Shown here in pieces: positions 27,892-38,226 of a stretch of 64,000 nt of DNA. Under the pieces are notes generated by a model. That model saw only the letters and a list, made by a program, of their open reading frames with translations, was not told where the DNA came from and ran no database searches. Origin of the DNA: Candidatus Iainarchaeum sp. (GTDB lineage Archaea; Iainarchaeota; Iainarchaeia; Iainarchaeales; JAZDDZ01). The stretch's first letter is position 1. Each line of letters opens with the position of its first letter. The stretch covers positions 43,223-107,222 of the forward strand of contig JAZDDZ010000047.1 of NCBI GenBank assembly GCA_043809245.1. The letters run 5' to 3'. Position numbers and translations under genes: made by a program.

Positions 27892-29178
27892 ATGCAGTGG
27901 TGGGAGAAAAAAGGGAATTTAGAGGTTAAAGGCAACAGGCTTTTTCTCTGCGGAATTGCATGTGCGGAGCTTGCGCGCGCTTATGGAACACCGCTTTACG
28001 CAATCAATGCGGACAGGGTGATTGAAAACTTCCAAAGCGCCAAAAAGGCGTTCAGTGCCTGCGCTAACAGGGATGTTAGGGTTCATTTCGCTTTAAAGGC
28101 AAACAGCAACCTCTTTCTCTTAAAGCTTTTGCAGAAAGAAGGCGCATGGGTTGACGCTGTTTCGCCGAATGAAGTGAGAATGGCTTTGCTTGCAGGTTTC
28201 CCCAAAGAAAAAATTTTGTTCACTGGCACAAGCGTTTCAAACAATGACCTGAAAGAATTGGCTGAATTGGGTGTTACGGTCAACGTTGATTCTTTTTCCC
28301 AGTTAAGGCGCTTTGCAGCTTTAAGGCCGGAAAACAAGAACATTTCAATCCGCTGGAACCCTGGAGTTGGCGCGGGGCATCACGGGCATGTCATTACTGC
28401 TGGAAAGTTCATTAAGTTCGGCGTCCCGGAGAAAAAAATTTTGAATGCGTTCAGCGAGGCAAAAAAACTTGGCCTTAACGTAATCGGATTGCACCAGCAC
28501 ATTGGTTCCGGCTGGCTGGGAAAAGATGTGAATGCTTTCCTTGCAACTGTTGGCAAAACGCTTCTCATTGCAAGGAAAGCGGAAAAAATTCTTGGCAAGC
28601 CCCTTGAGTTTGTTGATTTCGGCGGAGGCCCGGGAATAAGGTATAAAAAAGAGCAGAAAGATTTTCCGCTTAATGCTTATGCGAAAGGAATCTGCAATAA
28701 AATGAAGAAATCAAAACTCGGAGCCGCGATTGCAATTGAACCTGGAAGATTCATTGTAGGCGATTCAACTGTGCTTTTAACGGAAGTGAATACAGTTGAG
28801 GAAAAAAACGTTCCAATTCTCGGAGTTGACTCTGGCTTTAATTCCCTGATACGCCCCTCTTTTTACGGCGCCTATCACGAAATAGTGAACTGCAATAACG
28901 TGCATTCAAGGAAAACGAAAAAAGTCCTTGTTGCAGGCAACTTATGCGAGTCCGGGGATGCATTCAACCAGCCAAAGGAAAAACTGCGCGCCTTGCCTGA
29001 AACAAAGGAAGGCGATGTCCTTGCAATCCTTTGCGCTGGAGCCTATGGTTACTCAATGGCTTCAACTTACAATCTGCGCGGAAGGCCTGCTGAAGCCATT
29101 GTGCAGAAAGGAAGGCATTTCCTTGCGACTGAAAGGGAAAAATTCTATGATTTGATTGCATTGCATAAAAAGCAGTGA
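27892..29178 (+). CDS. lysA: Diaminopimelate decarboxylase
   Basis: YGTPLY, FALKAN, HQHIGS, DFGGG, EPGR, CESGD, GAYGYSMAS.YN. Confidence 0.95.
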   Translation: MQWWEKKGNLEVKGNRLFLCGIACAELARAYGTPLYAINADRVIENFQSAKKAFSACANRDVRVHFALKANSNLFLLKLLQKEGAWVDAVSPNEVRMALLAGFPKEKILFTGTSVSNNDLKELAELGVTVNVDSFSQLRRFAALRPENKNISIRWNPGVGAGHHGHVITAGKFIKFGVPEKKILNAFSEAKKLGLNVIGLHQHIGSGWLGKDVNAFLATVGKTLLIARKAEKILGKPLEFVDFGGGPGIRYKKEQKDFPLNAYAKGICNKMKKSKLGAAIAIEPGRFIVGDSTVLLTEVNTVEEKNVPILGVDSGFNSLIRPSFYGAYHEIVNCNNVHSRKTKKVLVAGNLCESGDAFNQPKEKLRALPETKEGDVLAILCAGAYGYSMASTYNLRGRPAEAIVQKGRHFLATEREKFYDLIALHKKQ

Positions 29179-29184
29179 ACAAGT

Positions 29185-30276
29185 TTATTTTTTCTTCGCT
29201 TTTTTTTTCGCGTTTTTTTCCGCGAGCACTGCATTCAGTTTCCTAATGCTTTCGTCTTTTTCCTCTGCAATGGAGCGGAAGTGATGCAATAAGTCGTGCT
29301 TGTCGCGCAGTTCCTTTTGGAGCCTTGAAGTTGTTTTGCCCAATTGTTCCCTGACTTGCTTTTTTGCCTTTAATTTGTCCTGCTCCAGATTCAGAAGCTG
29401 CTTTGAATAGGAATTGCGGAGCTGCAGTGTTTCGTGCTCTATGTCTAAAACGATTTTTTTCGCGTAATCCCTTTCCTTTTTCAGCGAGGTAATCAGAATG
29501 GAGGATTTTTCCAGCTGCCTCATCAGCAATTCGTCAATTATTTTTTGCCTGCGCTTTAATTCAAATTGCGTTGACAGAAGGTAGTTCAATTGCTTTTCGT
29601 GAGCGCTCATTTCCTTTTCAAACAAAACATTCTGCCCTTCAAGTTTTCTTGACAATTCATTCAATTCGTGCTCCAAATCGTTTGAGGTGTTTTCCTCAAT
29701 TCTTCCTAGGAAAATGTTGCTGCGCGCTTTCTCAAATTTTCCGCGCATTTCCTGCAGCTCCTCTTCTTTTGATTCAAGCAGCTGCAAAACGTTTCTGTGA
29801 ACGCCTTTCTCCGCGATTGGCGCAGAGTACACTTTTTTTTCAAAGACGCTTATCCTTTCCCCGAGGTAACGCATTTTCAGCAGCAGCGACAAAAGCTTTT
29901 GTTCAATTGAAGAGTAAAGCTCTCCAGCGTGGACTTTTGCTGCAATGTCCGGCATGGCGCTTTCGCCTTCGCGCATTCTTTCCTTTTCCTGCCTTGACTG
30001 CTCCAGGTTCGCGTTCCTTTTCAGCACAGCCAAAAGCGAGTGAAGCTCTGTCAGATAAGATTCAACGTCAGGGGAATTTGATTCAGGGCTCCTGTCCAAT
30101 TCAATGCGCATTGACTCCAAAATTGACTCTATTCCCTGCAATTCGTGGATTGATGAGTTAAGGCTGTGAACGAAGGATGCGCGGTTAAAAGAAGACCATT
30201 TTTTGGAGCTGACCGAGTTATGCAGCTCATTTAACGATTCAAGCAGCTTGTCGTTTAAGGCGCCGATTTCAGCCAT
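29185..30276 (-). CDS. Long coiled-coil hypothetical protein
   Basis: L/E/K/S heptad-rich throughout. Confidence 0.65.
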   Translation of the reverse strand: MAEIGALNDKLLESLNELHNSVSSKKWSSFNRASFVHSLNSSIHELQGIESILESMRIELDRSPESNSPDVESYLTELHSLLAVLKRNANLEQSRQEKERMREGESAMPDIAAKVHAGELYSSIEQKLLSLLLKMRYLGERISVFEKKVYSAPIAEKGVHRNVLQLLESKEEELQEMRGKFEKARSNIFLGRIEENTSNDLEHELNELSRKLEGQNVLFEKEMSAHEKQLNYLLSTQFELKRRQKIIDELLMRQLEKSSILITSLKKERDYAKKIVLDIEHETLQLRNSYSKQLLNLEQDKLKAKKQVREQLGKTTSRLQKELRDKHDLLHHFRSIAEEKDESIRKLNAVLAEKNAKKKAKKK

Positions 30277-30334
30277 TGCAACCAATAACTATTACGCAAC
30301 TCAAGTTTATATTTTTTGCCTTCGTATTCTATTC

Positions 30335-31339
30335 ATGCCTGACTTGTTTTCTTTTGGGGGAGGCGTCTGCATCCAGGGCGCAAAGGGCGCAAAGCTGTTC
30401 ATTGATGCCTCAAAGTCAAAAAACTCAAATGTTTTGATTTCGCACGCGCACTCAGACCACGCGAAAACCAATTGTTCCAGTGATTTTTTCGCCTCAAAAG
30501 AAACCGCGGAACTGGTCAAGAAAAAGGCTTCGGCTGAAGCGCGGATTCACGGCCATTCCTTCAAAAAAAAATTTTCTTTGGATGGCTTTGACGTTTCACT
30601 GCATTCCTCGGGGCACATTCTGGGTTCAAGCCAGTCAAAAATTGAAGCGGATGGAAAAACAGTTGTTGCAACCTCTGATTTCAAATTGCAGAAAAGCCTT
30701 TTGTTTGAGCCAGCTGAAATTTTGGCGGGAGATGTTTTGCTGATTGAAAGCACTTTTGGAATGCCGCAGTTTGTTTTTCCCGAAAGGGAAAGGGTTTACG
30801 GGGAAATGGAGAAATGGCTTGAATCAAATTTGAAGCAAAACCGCTTTGTTGTCATGGCGGGTTATGCAACGGGAAAAGCGCAGGAGTTGACACGCATAGT
30901 GAACGAGTTCTCGCATGAAACTCCCATAGTTCATGAAAGCATTTTTGAAAACAATAAAATTTACGAGGCAAACGGCGTGAAGTTAGGCAAATATTTGAAG
31001 CTAAACCATAATTTGAAGGAAAGCTCGGTTTTGATTATGCCGCCTTCGCTTGTTGACGCGAATTTGCTTGAAGCGTTAAGCTATTCGCTTGGAAAAAAAG
31101 TCGTTTCCGCTCTTGCAACCGGCTGGCATTACGGCAACGGCTATTCAAAAATTTTTCCGCTCTCGGACCACGCGGATTTCTCGCAGTTGACGCGTTACGT
31201 GAAGGAAGCCGAGCCAAAGCTTGTTTTGACGCACCACGGCTATGCAAAGGAATTCGCCAGCTCCGTGCAAAGAAAACTCAAGATTCCTGCCAGGGCGCTT
31301 AACGCGAAAGGCCAGAAAGTGCTGGGAGAATTTGCCTAG
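30335..31339 (+). CDS. MBL-fold beta-CASP nuclease (ligase-associated exonuclease-like)
   Basis: SHAHSDH, SGHILGS, ESTFG, GKAQE, LSDHADF. Confidence 0.85.
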   Translation: MPDLFSFGGGVCIQGAKGAKLFIDASKSKNSNVLISHAHSDHAKTNCSSDFFASKETAELVKKKASAEARIHGHSFKKKFSLDGFDVSLHSSGHILGSSQSKIEADGKTVVATSDFKLQKSLLFEPAEILAGDVLLIESTFGMPQFVFPERERVYGEMEKWLESNLKQNRFVVMAGYATGKAQELTRIVNEFSHETPIVHESIFENNKIYEANGVKLGKYLKLNHNLKESSVLIMPPSLVDANLLEALSYSLGKKVVSALATGWHYGNGYSKIFPLSDHADFSQLTRYVKEAEPKLVLTHHGYAKEFASSVQRKLKIPARALNAKGQKVLGEFA

Positions 31340-31411
31340 AAACTTTGCCGTTTATTGCATGTAATGGCTGTTTTTTTAAAGCTTTACCAGTTAATTCTAT
31401 TCGGATAACCC

Positions 31412-33175
31412 ATGTATCGCTCAAATTCATGCGGGGAATTGACTGAAAAGGCGGTCGGCAAAAAAGTCCAGCTTGCGGGCTGGGTTTCAAGCAGGCGCGA
31501 CCATGGAAACCTGATTTTCATTGATTTAAGGGACAGGGAAGGGGTAACGCAAGTGGTATTCAACCCTGAAAAGGAAAAAAAAGCCCATGAAACCGCGAAA
31601 GCATTAAGGGACGAGTTTGTTGTCAAGGTTGAAGGCATTGTGGGGAAAAGGCCTAAGGGAACAGAGAACGAGAAAATCCACACTGGAAAAATTGAGGTTA
31701 ACGCGAGCGTGCTTGAAATCCTTTCAAAGGCAGAGGCACTGCCATTTGAGTTAGGTGGGAGGATAGGCGTTTCAGAGGATGTCAGGCTCAAATACCGCTA
31801 CCTTGATTTAAGGCGCGGGGAAATGCAGGCAAACATCATTGCAAGGCATAAGGCAGCAAAGGCAATGCGCGATTATTTTAACGAAAAAGGCTTTTTGGAG
31901 ATTGAGACGCCGATTCTCGCTAAAAGCACTCCGGAAGGGGCAAGGGATTACCTTGTTCCAAGCAGGGTTCATGAAGGAAAATTTTTTGCCTTGCCCCAGA
32001 GCCCGCAGTTGTTCAAGCAATTGCTCATGGTTTCAGGCTTTGACAAGTACTACCAGCTTGCAAAATGTTTCAGGGACGAGGATTTGAGGGCGGACAGGCA
32101 GCCGGAGTTCACGCAAATAGACGTGGAAATGTCTTTTGTGAACGAGGATGACGTTTTGGCGGTTGCAGAGGGAATGCTGAAGCGCATCTGGAAAGACGTT
32201 TTAGGCGTTGAGGTGAAAACGCCTTTCCCGCGCATAACGCACGAGGAAGCAATGGCGCGCTTTGGCTCTGACAAGCCTGACACGCGCTTTGGAATGGAAT
32301 TGATTGACTTGACTGATTTGGTTAAGGGATGCGGCTTTGAGGTTTTCAGCAAAGCTGTGAAGGAAGGCGGGGAAGTCAAGGCAATTGTCGCGGAAAAATG
32401 CGCTGAATATTCAAGAAAGCAAATTGAAGAGTTAACTGAGTTTGTTAAGATTTTCCGCGCAAAGGGACTTGTGCCAATAAAAGTTTCCGCTTCCGGAATT
32501 GAATCCCCGGTTGAAAAATTTTTGGGAAAAGAGCTTTTGGAAAAAATCGCGAAAAAATGCCTAGCGAAAAAAGGCGACCTTGTGCTGGTTGTCGCCGGCC
32601 AGAGAAAAATCGTGGCGGATTCATTGGGGAATTTGCGTGTAAAGCTTGGAAAAGAATTGAAATTGATTGACGAAAAAAAGTTTAATTTTTTGTGGGTAAC
32701 GGATTTTCCCTTGCTTGAATGGAGTGAAGAGGACGGGAAGTGGAATGCAATGCATCATCCATTCACATCCCCTAGGGAAGCTGATTTGCCTTTGCTTGAA
32801 AAATCGCCTGAAAAGGCAAAGGCCCGCGCCTATGACATCACTTTGAACGGCGTGGAGCTCGGAGGCGGAAGCATTAGGATTCACCGCGCGGATATACAGT
32901 CAAGGGTTTTCTCTGTTCTCGGAATCTCCAAGGATGAAGCGCAAACAAGGTTCGGCTTTCTCTTGGAGGCATTCAAGTTCGGCCCCCCTCCGCATGGGGG
33001 CATTGCCTTTGGCTTTGACAGGATTGTCGCAATTCTCACTAAAAACGAGTCCATACGCGAAGTCATTGCTTTTCCAAAAAACAAGTCCTGTGTTTCACTG
33101 ATGGACGGCGCGCCCTCTGATGTTGATTCAAAACAGTTAAAGGAATTGAAGCTAAAGATTGATTCAGGGAAATAA
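31412..33175 (+). CDS. aspS: Bacterial-type aspartate--tRNA(Asp/Asn) ligase
   Basis: 587 aa with GAD insert; RRDHG, TPEGARDYLVPSR, LPQSPQLFKQLLM, DLRADRQPEFTQ, PPHGG. Confidence 0.95.
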   Translation: MYRSNSCGELTEKAVGKKVQLAGWVSSRRDHGNLIFIDLRDREGVTQVVFNPEKEKKAHETAKALRDEFVVKVEGIVGKRPKGTENEKIHTGKIEVNASVLEILSKAEALPFELGGRIGVSEDVRLKYRYLDLRRGEMQANIIARHKAAKAMRDYFNEKGFLEIETPILAKSTPEGARDYLVPSRVHEGKFFALPQSPQLFKQLLMVSGFDKYYQLAKCFRDEDLRADRQPEFTQIDVEMSFVNEDDVLAVAEGMLKRIWKDVLGVEVKTPFPRITHEEAMARFGSDKPDTRFGMELIDLTDLVKGCGFEVFSKAVKEGGEVKAIVAEKCAEYSRKQIEELTEFVKIFRAKGLVPIKVSASGIESPVEKFLGKELLEKIAKKCLAKKGDLVLVVAGQRKIVADSLGNLRVKLGKELKLIDEKKFNFLWVTDFPLLEWSEEDGKWNAMHHPFTSPREADLPLLEKSPEKAKARAYDITLNGVELGGGSIRIHRADIQSRVFSVLGISKDEAQTRFGFLLEAFKFGPPPHGGIAFGFDRIVAILTKNESIREVIAFPKNKSCVSLMDGAPSDVDSKQLKELKLKIDSGK

Positions 33176-33258
33176 ACGTGGTGAACGGATGAGGCATTTA
33201 AAAGCAAAATTGAGTAAAAGTTATTCATTTGTTCAACACGTTTAGAAAAGGCGAATGC

Positions 33259-33552
33259 ATGGCTAAGCCTAAAATTGACCGGGAACTGCTTGAAGCCGTT
33301 GCAAGGAACGCAAGGCTAAAGCTGAGTGAAAAAGAGATAGCGGTTTTTCTGCCGCAATTGCAGGAAGTACTGCATGCCTTTTCAAAGCTTGATGAGCTTG
33401 ACGTGAAAAAAGAAAAGCCTTCCTTTCAGCCGATTCCAATGAAAAACGTTTTAAGGAAAGACACTGTGAGCAAATGCTTTTCACAGGAAGAAGCTCTTTC
33501 GCTCACAAAGCTGAAAAAAGACGGTTACTTCAAGGGGCCGAAGGTGCTGTAA
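33259..33552 (+). CDS. gatC: Amidotransferase subunit C
   Basis: VARNARLKL, NVLRKD, GYFKGPKV. Confidence 0.9.
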   Translation: MAKPKIDRELLEAVARNARLKLSEKEIAVFLPQLQEVLHAFSKLDELDVKKEKPSFQPIPMKNVLRKDTVSKCFSQEEALSLTKLKKDGYFKGPKVL

Positions 33553-34022
33553 TGGTAAAAGTGCATGCAAAGATAAGGCGGGCTTCGGCAAAGGATTTTC
33601 CCGCAATGCTTGAAATAAACCGGAACGACGGCTTTGATTACGTTGCCAAAATGAATATTGAGTGGCTTAAAAAAGCGCAAAGGGGAAAGGACGCCTTTTT
33701 CATTGCCGAGCACAAGGGAAAGGCACTTGGTTTCTGTTCAGTGCAGCCAAATTACACTTATGGCTCAAGGCTCCGCTTTCTCTCCGTGCTGAAAAAATTC
33801 CAGCACAAGGGAATCGGCGCGGCGTTAATGGAAAAAGCCGAAGAGCACGCAAGGGGAAACGGCAAAAAAAAGCTTTTCCTTTACGTTAACCAGAAGAATT
33901 TTGACGCGATAAGGTTTTACTCAAAGCACAAATTTTATGTCACGGGAATTTTCCTTGAAAAATACGGAAAAGGCGGCAATGCCTTGCTGATGGCAAAAGA
34001 CCTCGGAGAGGGAGAAAAATGA
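33552..34022 (+). CDS. GNAT acetyltransferase
   Basis: VLKKFQHKGIGAALM, N.DAIRFY. Confidence 0.9.
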   Translation: MVKVHAKIRRASAKDFPAMLEINRNDGFDYVAKMNIEWLKKAQRGKDAFFIAEHKGKALGFCSVQPNYTYGSRLRFLSVLKKFQHKGIGAALMEKAEEHARGNGKKKLFLYVNQKNFDAIRFYSKHKFYVTGIFLEKYGKGGNALLMAKDLGEGEK

Positions 34023-35470
34023 AATTGCTTTCGGTTCAGGAATTCGCAAGGCAAGCGCGGGACGGAAGCCTTTCAGTGGAAGACCACATGGAAAAATTCC
34101 TTAAAGAGGCAAAAAAAAACAACGCGGAATTCAACCACTTCAACCTGCTGGCGGAAAAAAACGCGTTAGAGCAGGCAAAAGAGCTGGACAGGCAAATAAA
34201 AAAAGAAAAAGGAAAAATTAAAGGAAAGCTCCTCGGAGTTCCATTGTCAGTCAAAGATGCAATCTGCGTTAAAGGCATGGAGAGCACTGGCGGAAGCAAA
34301 ATACTTTCAGGTTATAAGCCATTGTTTGATGCGACAGTTGTTGCACGCGCAAAAGCCGAAGGCGCAATAATTGTGGGAAAAACCGCGCAGGACGAATTTG
34401 GCTTCGGCTCATTCAGCGTGAATGTGGGCATTGGCTTTAAGGTTCCAAAAAACCCTTTTGACAAAAACAGGTGCACTGGCGGAAGCAGCGGAGGCAGCGG
34501 CGGGATAACCGCGCAAACCTCTTTAACGCACATTTCCTTCGGTGAAAGCACTGGGGGAAGCATTGCTGCCCCGGCATCCTTTTGCGGCGTCACGGGCTTC
34601 ACCCCGACTTACGGAAGGGTTTCCCGCTATGGCTTAATGGATTACGCTTCAAGCTGTGACAAGATAGGCCCGATGGCAAAAACAGTCGAAGAAAGTGCCT
34701 TGCTTTTGGAAGTGATTGCGGGAGCGGATGAAAAGGAAAGCACCACACTCGTGCAAAAAACTGATGATTATGAAAAGGCTTGCGGTGAAGGCGTGAAGGG
34801 AATGAAAATAGGGGTTGTAAAGGAATTAATTGATTGGCAGGGCATTGACAAAAAGGTTTCAGGCGCCTGCTGGAATGCGATAAAAAAACTTGAAGGAGAA
34901 GGGGCAAAAGTGGAGAATGTTTCCCTGCCGTTGAACGCAAAGTACGCGGTTGCCGCATACTATATGATTACAACCGCAGAGGCAAGCACTAACCTGGCAA
35001 AGTACTGTGGAATGCGCTATGGCTTTGAAAAAGAGCTTAAGGGAAACTTTGATGAATATTTTTCTTCGGTGAGAAGCGATGCTTTCGGTGAAGAGGCAAA
35101 GCGAAGGATAATCATCGGCACGTTTGCGAGAATGAGCGGTTACCGTGACGCCTATTACCTTAACGCAATGAAGGTGCGCACAAAACTCATCAACGAGTTC
35201 AAGCAGGCGTTCAAGAAATTTTCCGTTTTGGCTCATCCGACAATGCCTTTCATTGCGCCAAAGTTCTCGGAAATTGAAAAACTCACGCCCTTGCAGCATT
35301 ACCACGCAGACCAGTGCACTGTTCCCGCAAACTTGGCGGGAATACCGCACCTCAGCGTGCCCGCGGGAACTGAAAAGGATTTGCCCATTGGATTGCTGTT
35401 GAGCGCAGACCATTTAGAGGAAAAGGAATTGTTTAAAGTGGGTTCAGCGTTAGAGGAAGTGGTTAAATGA
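34019..35470 (+). CDS. gatA: Amidotransferase subunit A
   Basis: SVKD, GGSSGGS, ESTGGSI, PTYGRVSRYGL, EAKRRIIIGT. Confidence 0.95.
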   Translation: MKLLSVQEFARQARDGSLSVEDHMEKFLKEAKKNNAEFNHFNLLAEKNALEQAKELDRQIKKEKGKIKGKLLGVPLSVKDAICVKGMESTGGSKILSGYKPLFDATVVARAKAEGAIIVGKTAQDEFGFGSFSVNVGIGFKVPKNPFDKNRCTGGSSGGSGGITAQTSLTHISFGESTGGSIAAPASFCGVTGFTPTYGRVSRYGLMDYASSCDKIGPMAKTVEESALLLEVIAGADEKESTTLVQKTDDYEKACGEGVKGMKIGVVKELIDWQGIDKKVSGACWNAIKKLEGEGAKVENVSLPLNAKYAVAAYYMITTAEASTNLAKYCGMRYGFEKELKGNFDEYFSSVRSDAFGEEAKRRIIIGTFARMSGYRDAYYLNAMKVRTKLINEFKQAFKKFSVLAHPTMPFIAPKFSEIEKLTPLQHYHADQCTVPANLAGIPHLSVPAGTEKDLPIGLLLSADHLEEKELFKVGSALEEVVK

Positions 35471-36246
35471 AGCAAAGCGCTGAAATGAAGGTTGCGTTAA
35501 AGGCAGCGCTTGAGGCCGGCAAAATCGCACGCAAAATGTTCGGGAAAAAAATCAAGGTCAAGCCAAAAGGCATCAAGGGCTTTGTCACCAGCGCGGATTT
35601 TGCCTGCGAAAAAAAAATCATCAAAGTAATTTCAAAAAAATTTCCAGGCGACGCCTTTTTCGCAGAGGAAAGCGGGAAAAGCGCTGACGAAGCTGTTAGG
35701 GAATGGCTGATTGACCCCATTGACGGCACAACAAATTTTGTTTACGGTTTCCCTTTCTTTTCGGTTTCCATTGCATTCGCTGAAAACCGCGAAGTGAAGG
35801 CAGGCGTTGTCTTTAACCCTGTATCAAGAAATCTTTTCTCTGCTGAAAAAGGGAAAGGCGCTTTCCTTAACGGCAAAAAAATCCATGTTTCAGGCAGAAA
35901 AAAGCTGGGCGATTCAATCATAATTGCGGGTTATCCTGAGGAGCCAAAGGAACTTGTGGAAAAAAGCATTCAGATAAACAACGAGCTTGCATACACTGCG
36001 AGAAGGGTCCGTGGCATGGGCTCTGCTGCGCTTGAAATGTGCTTTGTTGCCGCGGGTGTCTTTGACGGTTTCGCGCAGATAAGCCTTTCCCCATGGGATT
36101 ACGCTGCGGCAAAGCTGATTGTCGAAGAAGCTGGCGGAATAGTTACTGACTTCAATGGAAAAAAGATTGACCTCAAGGAAAGGCACAGTGTTTGCGCTTC
36201 AAACCGCTTTATCCGCGAAGAACTGCTGAAAAAAGTGAAGGTGTGA
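35467..36246 (+). CDS. suhB: Inositol monophosphatase family
   Basis: WLIDPIDGTTNF, GSAALE, WDYAAA.LIVEEAGG. Confidence 0.9.
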   Translation: MKQSAEMKVALKAALEAGKIARKMFGKKIKVKPKGIKGFVTSADFACEKKIIKVISKKFPGDAFFAEESGKSADEAVREWLIDPIDGTTNFVYGFPFFSVSIAFAENREVKAGVVFNPVSRNLFSAEKGKGAFLNGKKIHVSGRKKLGDSIIIAGYPEEPKELVEKSIQINNELAYTARRVRGMGSAALEMCFVAAGVFDGFAQISLSPWDYAAAKLIVEEAGGIVTDFNGKKIDLKERHSVCASNRFIREELLKKVKV

Positions 36247-36249
36247 AAA

Positions 36250-37662
36250 ATGCAAAGCGAGGGAAAAGCAGTCATTGGCCTGGAATGCCATGTACAGCTC
36301 CACACAGCGTCAAAGCTTTTCTGCGGCTGCACAACAAAAGCAACTGAACCTAATTCCGCGACATGTGAAATCTGTTTGGGAATGCCTGGCTCAAAGCCTT
36401 CGCTGAATGAAAAGGCATTGGAATTCGGGTTGAGAGTAGCGCTTGCATTGAACTGCGAAATTAACCGCGAGTTCTTTTTTTCGCGCAAAACATATTTTTA
36501 CCCGGACCTTGCGAAAAACTTCCAGATAACGCAGTTTGAGATTCCCCTTGCGAAAAATGGTTTCGTTAAGCTCCGTTCGGGAAAAACGGTTGTTATTAGG
36601 CGCGTTCATTTGGAGGAAGACCCAGCTGCATTAGTGCATGAGGGGGGGATGGCTTCAGCGAATTATTCTCTTGTTGACTACAATCGTTCAGGCATTCCCT
36701 TGGTTGAAATAGTGACAGAGCCAGTAATTGATTCGCCTGCGGAGGCAAGGGAGTTTTTGGATGAACTGCTTAACATCCTAAACTATCTCGGTGTTTTTGT
36801 GCAGGGCGAGGACACGTTAAAGGTTGACTCTAACATTTCAATCAAGGGCTCTGAGAGAGTGGAAGTGAAAAACATTTCCGGGTTTCAGGCGGTTGAAAAG
36901 GCGCTTTTGTTTGAAATTGAAAGGCAGAGAAAAGCTTTAGGGAAAGGCGGTAAAGTTGAAAGGGAAGTTCGTTCATTTGACGAGGCAACTGGTTCCACGC
37001 GCAGCCTGAGGAAAAAAGAATTTGAAGAGGATTACGGTTACATTTTTGAGCCGGATTTGCCTTCAATTGAGTTAAGCGAAAAGCAGATTTCCGATGTGAA
37101 AAATGCCTTGCCTGAACTGCCGCAGGAAAAAGCGCAAAGGCTTGAAAAGCAATTCGGCTTGCCTGCATACGATGCAAAGGTCTTAAGCTCTGACATTTCC
37201 CTTGCAGGGCTCTTTGATGAAACCGCTAAAACCATTGACCCAAAACTTTCCGCAAAGTTTTTGACGCGCGAGTTGCTTGCAATACTGAATCACGGCAACC
37301 TTTCCCTGAGCCAGTTGCGCCTTGAAGCAAATGAAATTACCGCACTGCTTGAACTGCTGGAGAAAGGAATGGTTTCCGAGAAAAACGCAAAGGAAGCCAT
37401 GATCAAGTACGTGAATGAAAAGATTCCGCCAAAAGAATTTTTGCAGAAAAACAATTTATTGAAGGACATGAAGTCTGATGAAACCGCTGCAATTGTTGAA
37501 AAAGTTTTGAATGAAAACCCGCAGGCGGTTGAGGACCTGAAGAAAGGCGAAACAAAAGCCCTGAATTTTTTGGTTGGATTGGTGATGCGGCAGACAAAGG
37601 GAAAAGCCGAGGCAAGGGAAGTGCAGAGGATGATTGAGGAAATGATGAAAAATGCAGATTAG
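36250..37662 (+). CDS. gatB: Amidotransferase subunit B
   Basis: IGLECHVQL, RKTYFYPDL, HLEED, DYNRSGIPLVEIVTEP. Confidence 0.95.
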   Translation: MQSEGKAVIGLECHVQLHTASKLFCGCTTKATEPNSATCEICLGMPGSKPSLNEKALEFGLRVALALNCEINREFFFSRKTYFYPDLAKNFQITQFEIPLAKNGFVKLRSGKTVVIRRVHLEEDPAALVHEGGMASANYSLVDYNRSGIPLVEIVTEPVIDSPAEAREFLDELLNILNYLGVFVQGEDTLKVDSNISIKGSERVEVKNISGFQAVEKALLFEIERQRKALGKGGKVEREVRSFDEATGSTRSLRKKEFEEDYGYIFEPDLPSIELSEKQISDVKNALPELPQEKAQRLEKQFGLPAYDAKVLSSDISLAGLFDETAKTIDPKLSAKFLTRELLAILNHGNLSLSQLRLEANEITALLELLEKGMVSEKNAKEAMIKYVNEKIPPKEFLQKNNLLKDMKSDETAAIVEKVLNENPQAVEDLKKGETKALNFLVGLVMRQTKGKAEAREVQRMIEEMMKNAD

Positions 37663-37740
37663 ATATTTAAATCGTTTATCGATTGATATTAATGGGTAAT
37701 GCCAAACTGGAGAACCTCAAAAAGATTGGAATGTAAATTC

Positions 37741-38226
37741 ATGGCAAAAAGAAGGTTCAGACCAAAATCAAGTGTAATGGGGGCGGGTGTAACCCCTAAA
37801 CACACGCAAAGGAGGCCGAGTGAATTAGGCAATATTAAAGCCAAAATTAAAGCTATACTAGATTTAGAAGCGCTTCGAAGCCATGCGCCAAAACCAGAAC
37901 CTTCGCCAAGAGAACAACAAATAAAGGCACTCCGAGGAACGCTTGAAAGCATTCAGAAGCAGATTGTCGGGAATCCGTACGCAGGTTCAGGTTTGCTGAA
38001 AAAAGAAGAAAAATTGATTGTGGAGATAAGGCAACTTGGCCAAAATGAGCACCCTCATTTTACGGCAAATCTATCGCGAGAAGAGCAGTTAAGTGGAATG
38101 AGAAGACGATTAAGGGTAATTGAAGGGCTTCGTGCACAGGGAAAAATATCTTATGAACTCAACAATGAAAGAATAGGATTGGAATCACAAATTAATGCAT
38201 TTGAAAAAAGTTTAAATAAAAAATGA
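37741..38226 (+). CDS. Hypothetical protein with basic N-terminus
   Basis: MAKRRFRPK...; no recognised motif; lies between gatB and yjbQ. Confidence 0.55.
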   Translation: MAKRRFRPKSSVMGAGVTPKHTQRRPSELGNIKAKIKAILDLEALRSHAPKPEPSPREQQIKALRGTLESIQKQIVGNPYAGSGLLKKEEKLIVEIRQLGQNEHPHFTANLSREEQLSGMRRRLRVIEGLRAQGKISYELNNERIGLESQINAFEKSLNKK

